64,000 nt of DNA, taken from the NCBI GenBank assembly GCA_044440125.1, contig JBITAJ010000015.1:128001-192000 (forward strand). Direction: 5' to 3'. Made by a program: the position numbers and the translations under genes. The notes beneath the pieces are model-generated. The model saw only the letters and a list, made by a program, of their open reading frames with translations. It made no database searches and was not told the DNA's origin. Of the stretch, positions 1 through 9,230 are shown piece by piece (the stretch's first letter is position 1; the number at the start of each line of letters is the position of its first letter). The DNA is from Sedimentisphaeraceae bacterium JB056 (GTDB lineage: Bacteria; Planctomycetota; Phycisphaerae; Sedimentisphaerales; Sedimentisphaeraceae).

Positions 1-1935
1 AATCGAGGAGGCACTTTCCACTATAAATATGACAGGGCGGATTACTGGAAGCAGGCTGATGATATTTATGTTTCCGGTAATTGGAAAGCCCCTTATGCAG
101 ATGATACGCTGAAGGTAGAAGAGATCGATACAGAGCAGAAGACTATAAAGCTTGCTTATGCCCATATGTACGGCATAGCTTCCGGTCCTGAATGGTGCAA
201 CTATTTCGTGTTGAACCTGCTTGAGGAGATCGATGTTCCCGGCGAGTGGTATCTTGATAGAAATACCGGTATGCTTTATTTCTATCCTCCTTCCGACATA
301 GCTGAGGGTGATATTCAGGTTTCTCTTCTTGATGAGCCTATGGTTGCCATGGAGGGGGTTAGCTTTGTAAGTTTTGAGAATATCACGTTTGAATACACAA
401 GAGGCATTGGTGTGTATATTGAGCGAGGAGAGGGTAATCTGTTAGCCGGATGTACGCTTCGTAATATGGGTGTGGTAGCGGTCTGTATGGGTATGGGTAT
501 TGAACCTGACAAGATCAACAGGCACCAGTTTACCGGAAAGCCCGTAAGCCGCCAGCTTGGAAGCTGGCACGAGCATATCTATGAAAATGCAACATACAAC
601 CGCCAGGCGGGCAAAAACCATGGAGTGCTTAGCTGCGATATTTACAATATCGGAGCCGGTGCGGTTAGTATGGGTGGTGGTGACAGGCTTACTCTTGAGC
701 CGGGCAGAAACTACGTTGAGAACTGTGAGATACACGATTATAATCGTCTTGGACGCTCTTATAAGGCAGCGGTTAATATTGATGGTGTAGGAAACAGGAT
801 TGCTAATAATCACATTTATAATGCACCTGATATGGCCGTTTACCTGCACGGCAACGATCATGTTATAGAGTATAATCATATCCATCATGTTATGCTTGAG
901 TCCGGTGAGGGCGGCTGGTTTTATATGGGGCGTGATGCGGCGGAATTTGGCAATGAGATTCGCTATAATTTTGTTCATCATTGCGGCGTTACCGACAGCG
1001 GCTCAGAGGGCGACAGAACCGAAGGTTCAAGCGGCGTATACATGGATGATTTTGCCTGCGGCACAAAAGTTTACCAGAACGTATTCTACAAGGTCGGCAA
1101 GGAGCGGGCGGCGGTTTTGATAAACGGCGGTATGGATAATCTCGTTTGTAATAATATCTTTATTGACTGCCGGTATGCCCTCTATGCAAGCGCTTTGTTT
1201 CAGGGCTGGGCTAAGAAGCATCTTACGAAATTTGATGAGGGCGGTCTTTACAGAGTCAGGCTTGAAGAGGTGAACTATAAAAATCCCCCATACAGCGAAA
1301 AATATCCGACTCTTGTCAATATATGCGATGACGAACCCGCACAGCCAAAACGCAACCTTATGAAGAATAATGTCTATGTCGATTGCGGCAAGGTGTATCG
1401 CTGGAATAAAGAACCGAAGATCACACTTGAAGGCAATTTTGAGACTGATGCTGATCCTGGTTTTGTGGATATGGCAGCGTTAAATTTCCAACTGAAAGAA
1501 GACTCTCTCGTCTACAAACAGATACCTGATTTTAAGAGGATTCCGCTTGAAAAGGTAGGTATGTATGTTGATCGCTATAGAACAGAAGTTGTACCTTATG
1601 TGCATCGGGCTGTGAAAGAGGCGGATATTAAAGGTGAGGTCCTCAACGATAAGATCAATGTAGAGGATGTTGTCAGTTATAATGATGAAGGTGTCATTGT
1701 TTTGCTTGAAAAGATACCGGTCCAATATCCTGATGGTGAAGTTGCCGGGGTAAAGATTGCAGAAGCTCTGGTTGCTGATGTAAGCTGGGCAGATGGCGAG
1801 CTTAGAAGTGTTATTATATATTCGAGCGTTGCCGGTGAATTTGTCGTAAAATATAAAGAGAATACTGCCAGGATAAAAACTGAACCTGAAGGTAAATACG
1901 GGCTTGATAAGAATCTTAAAGATATATGGTTTTAG
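1..1935 (+). CDS. Right-handed parallel beta-helix repeat protein (pectate-lyase-like fold, probable carbohydrate-active enzyme), 5'-truncated by the window edge
   Basis: Frame 1 is open from base 1 (NRGGTFHYKYDRADYWK...) into the listed 166..1935 ORF. It carries the 'NLLEEIDVPGEWYLDR' motif and repeated beta-helix turns (GNRIANNHIYN, GNDHVIEYNHIHH, GNEIRYNFVHH, GVYMDD). Confidence 0.8.
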   Translation, partial: NRGGTFHYKYDRADYWKQADDIYVSGNWKAPYADDTLKVEEIDTEQKTIKLAYAHMYGIASGPEWCNYFVLNLLEEIDVPGEWYLDRNTGMLYFYPPSDIAEGDIQVSLLDEPMVAMEGVSFVSFENITFEYTRGIGVYIERGEGNLLAGCTLRNMGVVAVCMGMGIEPDKINRHQFTGKPVSRQLGSWHEHIYENATYNRQAGKNHGVLSCDIYNIGAGAVSMGGGDRLTLEPGRNYVENCEIHDYNRLGRSYKAAVNIDGVGNRIANNHIYNAPDMAVYLHGNDHVIEYNHIHHVMLESGEGGWFYMGRDAAEFGNEIRYNFVHHCGVTDSGSEGDRTEGSSGVYMDDFACGTKVYQNVFYKVGKERAAVLINGGMDNLVCNNIFIDCRYALYASALFQGWAKKHLTKFDEGGLYRVRLEEVNYKNPPYSEKYPTLVNICDDEPAQPKRNLMKNNVYVDCGKVYRWNKEPKITLEGNFETDADPGFVDMAALNFQLKEDSLVYKQIPDFKRIPLEKVGMYVDRYRTEVVPYVHRAVKEADIKGEVLNDKINVEDVVSYNDEGVIVLLEKIPVQYPDGEVAGVKIAEALVADVSWADGELRSVIIYSSVAGEFVVKYKENTARIKTEPEGKYGLDKNLKDIWF

Positions 1936-1962
1936 TATGAGAAAAATAAGGATAAGTTGATT

Positions 1963-2871
1963 ATGGCAGTTTTAAGATTGATTTTATTGACAATGATTGT
2001 TATTGTTGTCAGTGCTCTTGATGCATCTGAACCGGTTCATCATTCGAAAGGTTCTGACGCAAAACTGGTATATGAGAAAATAGCTTCTATCCGGTATCTT
2101 CAAGATGATCGTCCCGAGAGAATGGATGCTTATATCCCAAAGGTCGGTTCAGGTAAACCCTACCCCGCTGTTGTTTACATACATGGCGGCGGCTGGACGA
2201 AAGGAACCCGTGATAACAAACGAGCCGTAAATATTGCCTCCACACTGGCCGGAGCGGGCATTGCCGTATTCAGCATTGATTATAAACTGGCCCTCAGAGA
2301 GAAAAGAGAAGGCGGCAATGTAACGGTGGAAGGCTCATGGCCCCAAAATATATTTGACTGTAAAACTGCGGTCAGGTATGTTCGGAAAAACGCTGGCGGA
2401 TATGGTATAGATCCCAATAATATTGGAGTTATGGGATGCTCTGCCGGCGGTCATTTAGCATTGCTTACGGGCCTTTCTTCTGAAAGTGAAGAGCTTAATA
2501 ATGGCGGTTTATATTGTGACGTATCGAATGATATTAAATGTATTGTAGATATGTACGGCATACCAGATGTGAGAGTATGGGGCGGGCATGTGTTTATAGA
2601 GCCTTCTCAGAATGATGCTCCTGAAATGTATCGTCTGGCTTCGCCGGTAACTTATATTGAGAAAGACAGCCCTGCTGTTCTTGTAATACATGGAGATAAA
2701 GATAAAGTTGTGAATGTCGAGCAGTCAAGATTGTTTGTTGATAAACTAAAAGAGATTGGAGCGTCTTATAAATATGTTGAAGTCAAAGAAGGGCCTCATA
2801 GTTTTGATCTCGAAAACCATATGGACATAAGGCCTGTCGTTATTGATTTTTTGAAAGAGCAGTTAATGTAA
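1963..2871 (+). CDS. Secreted alpha/beta hydrolase (HSL-like carbohydrate esterase)
   Basis: Signal peptide, HGGGW oxyanion motif, GCSAGG nucleophile elbow, IHGDKD and GPHSF acid/His motifs. ATG at 1963 preferred over TTG at 1957. Confidence 0.85.
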   Translation: MAVLRLILLTMIVIVVSALDASEPVHHSKGSDAKLVYEKIASIRYLQDDRPERMDAYIPKVGSGKPYPAVVYIHGGGWTKGTRDNKRAVNIASTLAGAGIAVFSIDYKLALREKREGGNVTVEGSWPQNIFDCKTAVRYVRKNAGGYGIDPNNIGVMGCSAGGHLALLTGLSSESEELNNGGLYCDVSNDIKCIVDMYGIPDVRVWGGHVFIEPSQNDAPEMYRLASPVTYIEKDSPAVLVIHGDKDKVVNVEQSRLFVDKLKEIGASYKYVEVKEGPHSFDLENHMDIRPVVIDFLKEQLM

Positions 2872-2955
2872 ATGTTATTGTTAAATCCGAACCTGAAAAT
2901 GCAGGTTTTTATAAGAATTTTTAAGATATGTAGTTTAGGTATAGAAAGAGTTATT

Positions 2956-4266
2956 ATGAAATTAAATAAAGTTACGTGTTTAATGGTTGTCTGTATTGGG
3001 GTATTCTGCTCGCTTGCATACAGCAGTGATCAGAAAAAGGTTGCAGTTCGCAATGGTTTGCCCAATTTGTATTCAAAGCTTGAAGCCGGTGAAGATGTTA
3101 CGATAGCCTATTTTGGCGGCAGTATTACAGCTCAGAACGGTTATCGTATGCAGACATTTAAATGGTTTGAAGAGAATTGGCCGCAGTGCGAATTTACTCA
3201 GGTGAATGCGGCTATCGGCGGCACTGGTTCGGAGCTTGGTGCGTTTCGTCTTTACGATGATGTGCTTTCAAATGATCCGGATCTTGTTTTTATAGAGTTT
3301 GCTGTTAATGATTATGGTGCATCACAGAATTCTCAAAAAAATGTAGAGGAATCAATGGAAGGCATAATCAGGCAGATAATCAATAATAATCCTCAAACAG
3401 ATATGTGTCTGGTATATACTATAACTGAAAGTATGATAGAAGATATGAAGGCAGGAAAAATGCTTCCTTCTATAGCAGCTCATGAGAAGGTGGCCGATCA
3501 CTATGGACTGCCATCTGTTAATGTAGGTTCTGTTGTTGCCGACCTCGAAAATGAGGGCAAGTTAGTAATGAAAGGGCAGCAGGGTTTGATGCAGGCTGTC
3601 AGCGGTGACTCTCTAAATGAGACGGTAGAAGTTGGCGTTAACGAAAAAGGACAGGTTGTCTTTTCAAAGGATGGTGTTCATCCTTACCCTAATTCCGGGC
3701 ATAAGATATATACTCAATGCATAGTTGAAGCCATTGCCTTGTTAAGGGGAGATGCCGAAAATAAAGAGCATGAGCAACTGCCTTGTTTAAATGAAAATAA
3801 TCTTGAAAAGGCAAAGATGGTATCTCTTTCTATGGCTAATCTAAAAGGTGATTGGAAAAAATATAATCCTGAAGGAGGAGTCGTATCAAGCTGGATAGCC
3901 GACAAGATGCCGGAGATGATGGTTGCTAAAAGTATTGGTGACAGCATAGAGTTTCGTTTAAATGGTTTTGTTGCCGGTTTCTATGATGTTATGGGGCCTT
4001 CTGCTGGAGTTGTGGAATGTCAGGTTGATGATGAAAAGAAGTATCTGTCCAGATTCGACAAATATTGTACGTATTATCGCATAGGCAGTAAGACTATTGA
4101 AGTTGAGAAGGGTATTCATGATGTTAAGTTCACCTTGACTGATCGTCCTATTGAAAAGGCGGCTGTTCTCAGCGAAAGAGGAAGTGTTATGAAGGACCGC
4201 TCTAAATACGAAGATACGCATTGGTATGTTGGCAAGATAATGCTTGTCGGCGATATAATAAAATAA
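2956..4266 (+). CDS. Secreted SGNH/GDSL hydrolase with C-terminal beta-sandwich domain
   Basis: FGGSIT (block I), NAAIGGTGS (II), EFAVND (III), DGVHP (V). A signal peptide starts at MKLNK (2956). Confidence 0.85.
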   Translation: MKLNKVTCLMVVCIGVFCSLAYSSDQKKVAVRNGLPNLYSKLEAGEDVTIAYFGGSITAQNGYRMQTFKWFEENWPQCEFTQVNAAIGGTGSELGAFRLYDDVLSNDPDLVFIEFAVNDYGASQNSQKNVEESMEGIIRQIINNNPQTDMCLVYTITESMIEDMKAGKMLPSIAAHEKVADHYGLPSVNVGSVVADLENEGKLVMKGQQGLMQAVSGDSLNETVEVGVNEKGQVVFSKDGVHPYPNSGHKIYTQCIVEAIALLRGDAENKEHEQLPCLNENNLEKAKMVSLSMANLKGDWKKYNPEGGVVSSWIADKMPEMMVAKSIGDSIEFRLNGFVAGFYDVMGPSAGVVECQVDDEKKYLSRFDKYCTYYRIGSKTIEVEKGIHDVKFTLTDRPIEKAAVLSERGSVMKDRSKYEDTHWYVGKIMLVGDIIK

Positions 4267-4365
4267 AACATAGTGAGTAAGTAAGAAACTCAATAATGGC
4301 TTTACCGCATTTCTACAAACCGTGAACTGCGAACTAATAGCTAAATAATATTACAGGAAAAATTT

Positions 4366-6564
4366 ATGACTTTATTTGGATTGAGTATAGTTGATGTCTC
4401 GGTGATCGTTTTATATTTTGCGTGGATTTTCTGGATTGGATACCGGTCTATGAAACGCATCCATAATCAGGAAGATTTCTTTCTTGGCGGAAGGCAGTTT
4501 GGCAGGCTCATAGCGACATTTACCATGTTTGGGCAGGGTACCAGTGCAGAGAGTGCTGTTGGTTCAACAACTCAGGTTAAGCAGATGGGTATATCCGGCA
4601 TCATGACATCAACCTTTTCTAACTTTTTTGTCTTGCCGACTTACTTCTTTGCCGCTCAGTGGTACAGGCGTTTGCGTCTGCTTACGATGTCAAGCTATTA
4701 CGAGCTTCGTTACGGTAGTAAGAAGCTTGGAGTTGTCTATGGTATTTCACAGGCGTTTTTCTTTATGGTTGTTGTAAGTATCGGTTTTATGGCTATGAGT
4801 AAGACGATAATGGCTATAACACCCAAAAATATCGAGGATATGACGGCTTCGCAAAAGATAGAGTATGATCAGTCACTACGCTTGGAACAACTTGAAAAAA
4901 CTGATTACTCAACCCTTACAGAAGCAGATCGCAACGAGCTGGCAGAACTCCGCTTGTTGAAGCCGCAACGATTTGTGTCTTATTTCAATAAACCGATTTT
5001 GATTATCGGTCTTGCGATTATTATTATGATCTATGCTGTCGGCGGAGGACTTGAAGCGGCGGCAAAGACTGATGTCCTGCAGAGTATATTGACTCTGGTT
5101 CTGACGGTGCTCTTTATCCCGTTTGGAGTTGCCAAGATTAATTCGATACATGGTTCTTCGGGTTTTGTCGGTGCTTTTGAAACTATCCATAAGGTTTTGC
5201 CGGAGATGGTTTTTCAGTTATTCGGTTCACCTGCAAATGCCGAGATGACTTGGTATCTGATGCTGGTGTTTGGTGTTTTGACACTGCCTAACGTTTTGTG
5301 TCAGGCTAATCAGCTTGTAATTTCAGGTGCTTCAAAAGATGATAAAACTGCCCGTGCGGGTTTTGTAGACGGTATGCTGATAAAGCGGTTTGCGACGGTT
5401 ATGTGGGGTATGATCGGCATGATAATTCTGGCACTCTATTATACCGATAATTCAGACCCTGACCTTATGTGGGGATTGGCTACGCGTGATCTGCTGGGTT
5501 CTCTGGGGATAGGTCTTGCCGGGCTTATGGTAGCGTGCCTCATGAGTGCTCTTATGAGTGCGGCTGATGCGCATATGATTACAGTTTCGGGTTTGCTGAC
5601 TGATGGTGTGTATAAAGTCTTAAGACCTGGTAAAAGCGAGAAACATTATGTTCTTATCGGTCGAATCTGTTGTGCTGTATACCTGATAGGCGGTGTTTCA
5701 ATGGCGATGTACGCCAAGGATATATGGTCAATGTTCAAATATTTGATGACGCTTAACTTTGTATTCGCCGCTCCGTTTTTGATGGGTATTCTTTGGCGAA
5801 GAGCCAATGCCAAGGCTTCATGGGCAACCGTTATTGTTGCCGGTCTTGTTACTGTTCTGCTTCCTTTACTTGCTCCTATGGTAGGTCTCAATAAGCATGA
5901 GAAATTCCTGAAAGTTAATTATTCCAAAGAGTTTACTTATACCTATTTGGCTTCAACTTTCGATGTTAGTGAAAGACAGGAGGCTATTCGCAGATGGCAG
6001 GAGCTTGACGCTAAGGGGGAGGCTGTCGGCGATTGCCCGAAGCCGCTTGTTGAAGGTCAGAAGTTTGAGAAGGTTTTTGCTTCAAAAGAGCGTGCGATAT
6101 TCTGGAATAATATATCGGCTACCAGAGATGAAAATGGTAATCTTATCAAGAAGGGTGATGGAATGCTCAAGGCTGATTTGCTGTTGCTGTATTGCTGCGG
6201 CGTACCTTTGGAGAAATTTTCATTCCCAATGTTGGAAACTCTTAGATATGTTACACAGTTTGTGCTGAGTTTTGCGGTATTTATAATTGTTGCATTGCTG
6301 ACAAAGCCTTACGATAAAGATAAACTTGATCATTTTTACGGCAGGTTGAGGACTCCGAGTTATTCAGACCATAAAAAAGATGCACAGGAAATGGCGTTAA
6401 CTGAAGCCGACCCGCTCCGTTTCAACGACCGTAAACTGTTCCCGAATTCATCATGGGAATTCAATAGATGGTACAAATTTGAATTTTATGGTGTTTTGAA
6501 GATACTTTTCTTTGTAATTCTGATTTATATATCACTATTTGCGGTAGTAAAAATCGGTAGCTGA
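4366..6564 (+). CDS. Sodium:solute symporter (SSS) family protein with large soluble insertions
   Basis: EDFFLGGR, YAVGGGLEAAAKTDVLQ, LMSALMS and GILWRRAN motifs; many TM segments. Confidence 0.9.
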   Translation: MTLFGLSIVDVSVIVLYFAWIFWIGYRSMKRIHNQEDFFLGGRQFGRLIATFTMFGQGTSAESAVGSTTQVKQMGISGIMTSTFSNFFVLPTYFFAAQWYRRLRLLTMSSYYELRYGSKKLGVVYGISQAFFFMVVVSIGFMAMSKTIMAITPKNIEDMTASQKIEYDQSLRLEQLEKTDYSTLTEADRNELAELRLLKPQRFVSYFNKPILIIGLAIIIMIYAVGGGLEAAAKTDVLQSILTLVLTVLFIPFGVAKINSIHGSSGFVGAFETIHKVLPEMVFQLFGSPANAEMTWYLMLVFGVLTLPNVLCQANQLVISGASKDDKTARAGFVDGMLIKRFATVMWGMIGMIILALYYTDNSDPDLMWGLATRDLLGSLGIGLAGLMVACLMSALMSAADAHMITVSGLLTDGVYKVLRPGKSEKHYVLIGRICCAVYLIGGVSMAMYAKDIWSMFKYLMTLNFVFAAPFLMGILWRRANAKASWATVIVAGLVTVLLPLLAPMVGLNKHEKFLKVNYSKEFTYTYLASTFDVSERQEAIRRWQELDAKGEAVGDCPKPLVEGQKFEKVFASKERAIFWNNISATRDENGNLIKKGDGMLKADLLLLYCCGVPLEKFSFPMLETLRYVTQFVLSFAVFIIVALLTKPYDKDKLDHFYGRLRTPSYSDHKKDAQEMALTEADPLRFNDRKLFPNSSWEFNRWYKFEFYGVLKILFFVILIYISLFAVVKIGS

Positions 6565-6628
6565 TTTTGCTGAAATCACCGAACATCACAATTCGATGTG
6601 GTGAAATAGTTTGAAGATGAAAGTAGTG

Positions 6629-6664
6629 AAAAGCAGGTGACTGTCTGACAGTTGCCTGCTTTTT
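6629..6664 (+). terminator. Rho-independent terminator
   Basis: AAAAGCAGGTGACTGTC-T-GACAGTTGCCTGCTTTTT hairpin with T tail downstream of the SSS gene. Confidence 0.8.
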
Positions 6665-6849
6665 GATTTATTATTCGTTTTGTCTTCATAATCTGCTTGT
6701 CGTTATTTCTCTGGGAGTTGGAGTCTTTAGTACCAAGGCCTTAATTAATTTCTGTTGAATTTGATTATTTGCCACTTATAATAGTGTAGGTTATTGAAAT
6801 AAGTATTTGAGAGTATACACTACACTTTTAATTATAAGCACGGCACCTA

Positions 6850-9222
6850 ATGGCAGAAAAGCAGAAAACATTATTTGGTATTGAGGAACCTGAAAAAATA
6901 GAAATGTCAGGTCATACTGTTCGTATTGCCTTTGATGCCGGTGTTGATCAGACTTTTGATTATTCAGTGCCGCTGAAACTTTGGCCTGTCGGATTGGGCC
7001 AGCGTGTCGAAGTTCCATTTGGAAGAGGGAATAAGCCTAAGATTGGTTTTTGCGTGGGGATTGACTGTTCGGTTCATGTTACAGGTAAGTCCTTCAAAAT
7101 CAAGGCAATAAATGATGTTATTGATAAAAAGCCGCTGCTTAACAGTAAGCTCCTTGAACTTGCCGAATGGATAAGCGATTATTATATCTGTCCTCTTGGT
7201 CAGGTTATTGCGGCTATGGTTCCTGCTGCGGTTAAAAAGGGCAGCGGGCTGATTCATAAGAAATACCTTTACCTCGACATTCTGGATGCAAAAGGCAATC
7301 TTGACGGTGAAAAACTCGAAAATGTCAAAATATCATTAAAACGTGCAAAAAAACAGCTTGAAGTTGTTTCTTATCTTGAGTCTTGTAATGCGTTTAATGA
7401 AGATAAAGCTATAGAACAGTCGCAAATACAGGAAGAATGTCATACTACAAGCTCTATAGTAAGGAAATTGCTTGAGAGCAAGGTTGTAAGGGCAGTGAAG
7501 AGAGAGGTAATAAGGTCCTTGCCGGCGGTTCCTGAAGAATTTATAGTTAAGAGCAAGAAGGATATAGTTCTCAATGAGCAGCAGCAGACTGCTCTTGATC
7601 ATATTAATTCAGAGATAGACTCAGGCAAGTTTGGCGTGTCTTTATTGCACGGTGTAACAGACAGCGGCAAGACCGAAGTCTATATAAGGGCGATTGCTCA
7701 TGCTATTTCAAATGGTAAGAAGGCAATAGTTCTGCTTCCGGAGATTGCGCTCACAACTCAGACTCTCAGGAGGTTCAGTGCGAGATTTGAGAGGCTTGCG
7801 GTTCTTCATTCGTCTCTTACTGACTCACAGAGAAACAGCCAATGGCAAAAAATAGCTTCTGGGCAGGCTGATGTGGTTATTGGGGCAAGAAGTGCGATTT
7901 TCGCTCCGCTTGATTCTGTCGGCGTTGTGGTCGTAGATGAAGAACATGAGGGGACATACAAGCAAGACATAGTTCCGCGTTATAATGGGCGTGATGTTGC
8001 AATAAAGAGAGCCCATCTTGATGGAGGCCATTGCATACTCGGCTCAGCCACTCCATCACTTGAAACGCTGCATAATTGCGATACTAAGAAGCATTTCGAG
8101 CATCTGAAGCTAACCAAACGGGTTATGGATCTTCCCATGCCTGAAATGAAGTGTGTTGATCTCTCTCAGCAGTCGGGTGATCCATTTGAAAACCTCATTT
8201 CCGAAAAGCTTGAACTTGAGCTGCATAATGTGCTTGCCAAAAAGGAACAAGCCATACTGCTATTAAATAGAAGAGGTTACAGTAACTTTGTATATTGTCC
8301 TTCATGCAAATATATACTTCATTGCCGTAATTGTGATATTAGTCTCACTTTTCACCGTCATGATTTCGAGCATGAGCATGAAAATCATGCAATGACGAGA
8401 TACAAGGGTAAGGGGTACGCTGTTTGCCACTATTGCGGCAGTAAGACTCTTGTGCCGGTCCAATGCCCCATATGTAGACATAGCTTCACAATGAGCGGTG
8501 TAGGGGTTCAGAAGCTTGAGGAACAATTAGCAATGAAATTCCCTCAGGCAAGAGTAAGACGTATTGACAGCGATTCTATGCGGTCAGATGATTATTATGA
8601 TTTGCTTAAGGATTTTGCAGAGGGTAAGATAGATATACTTGCCGGAACCCAGATTCTTGCTAAAGGTCTTCATTTTCCTAATGTAACTCTTGTTGGCGTC
8701 ATAAATGCAGACTCTGCGATGGCTGTTTCTGATTTTCGTGCTAATGAAAAAGCATTTCAGCTTATCAGCCAGGTTGCCGGCCGTACTGGGAGAGGTGAAA
8801 AAGGGGGGCTTGTAATAGTTCAGACAATGAAGCCCGACCAACCTGCACTTAAATTTGCTATGCGAAATGATTTTGATGGGTTCGTGAATATTGAGATGTT
8901 CATGAGGGAAAAGTGTAAACTTCCCCCCTTTACACGTATGGCCTTAATTCTTCTTCGTGGTGAGAATCACCAGCGACTTGAAAATGCGGCAAAAACAGTG
9001 ACAGATACTGTTCATAATATAATAAAGTCGGCCGGTTTTGATATTACAGTTCGCGGGCCGGTTGCATCTCCTATACCACGCCTGAATCGTATGTATAGAA
9101 TGCAGCTTTTATTGATTTCCGATAACCCGATAGTGATGAGTAAATTCTTTAAAATCTTCAGAAATCAGCCTCAGATAAAAGGTGGAATTAAGATTTTATT
9201 TGACATTGATCCAGTTTTCTGA
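6850..9222 (+). CDS. priA: Primosomal protein N' (replication restart helicase)
   Basis: N-terminal FDY/VEVPFG domain, GVTDSGKT Walker A, DEEH, GSATPSLE, LLNRRGY, four CxxC pairs, GTQILAKGLHFP and QVAGRTGR. Confidence 0.97.
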   Translation: MAEKQKTLFGIEEPEKIEMSGHTVRIAFDAGVDQTFDYSVPLKLWPVGLGQRVEVPFGRGNKPKIGFCVGIDCSVHVTGKSFKIKAINDVIDKKPLLNSKLLELAEWISDYYICPLGQVIAAMVPAAVKKGSGLIHKKYLYLDILDAKGNLDGEKLENVKISLKRAKKQLEVVSYLESCNAFNEDKAIEQSQIQEECHTTSSIVRKLLESKVVRAVKREVIRSLPAVPEEFIVKSKKDIVLNEQQQTALDHINSEIDSGKFGVSLLHGVTDSGKTEVYIRAIAHAISNGKKAIVLLPEIALTTQTLRRFSARFERLAVLHSSLTDSQRNSQWQKIASGQADVVIGARSAIFAPLDSVGVVVVDEEHEGTYKQDIVPRYNGRDVAIKRAHLDGGHCILGSATPSLETLHNCDTKKHFEHLKLTKRVMDLPMPEMKCVDLSQQSGDPFENLISEKLELELHNVLAKKEQAILLLNRRGYSNFVYCPSCKYILHCRNCDISLTFHRHDFEHEHENHAMTRYKGKGYAVCHYCGSKTLVPVQCPICRHSFTMSGVGVQKLEEQLAMKFPQARVRRIDSDSMRSDDYYDLLKDFAEGKIDILAGTQILAKGLHFPNVTLVGVINADSAMAVSDFRANEKAFQLISQVAGRTGRGEKGGLVIVQTMKPDQPALKFAMRNDFDGFVNIEMFMREKCKLPPFTRMALILLRGENHQRLENAAKTVTDTVHNIIKSAGFDITVRGPVASPIPRLNRMYRMQLLLISDNPIVMSKFFKIFRNQPQIKGGIKILFDIDPVF

Positions 9223-9230
9223 TTTCTTTT

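Noticed and set aside
2872..2955. Longer N-termini given by the ORF track (also 19060, 36724, 53313, 61056)
   Set aside because: Downstream ATGs fit SD position, signal peptide or family N-terminus better. The 19060 start falls inside a terminator.
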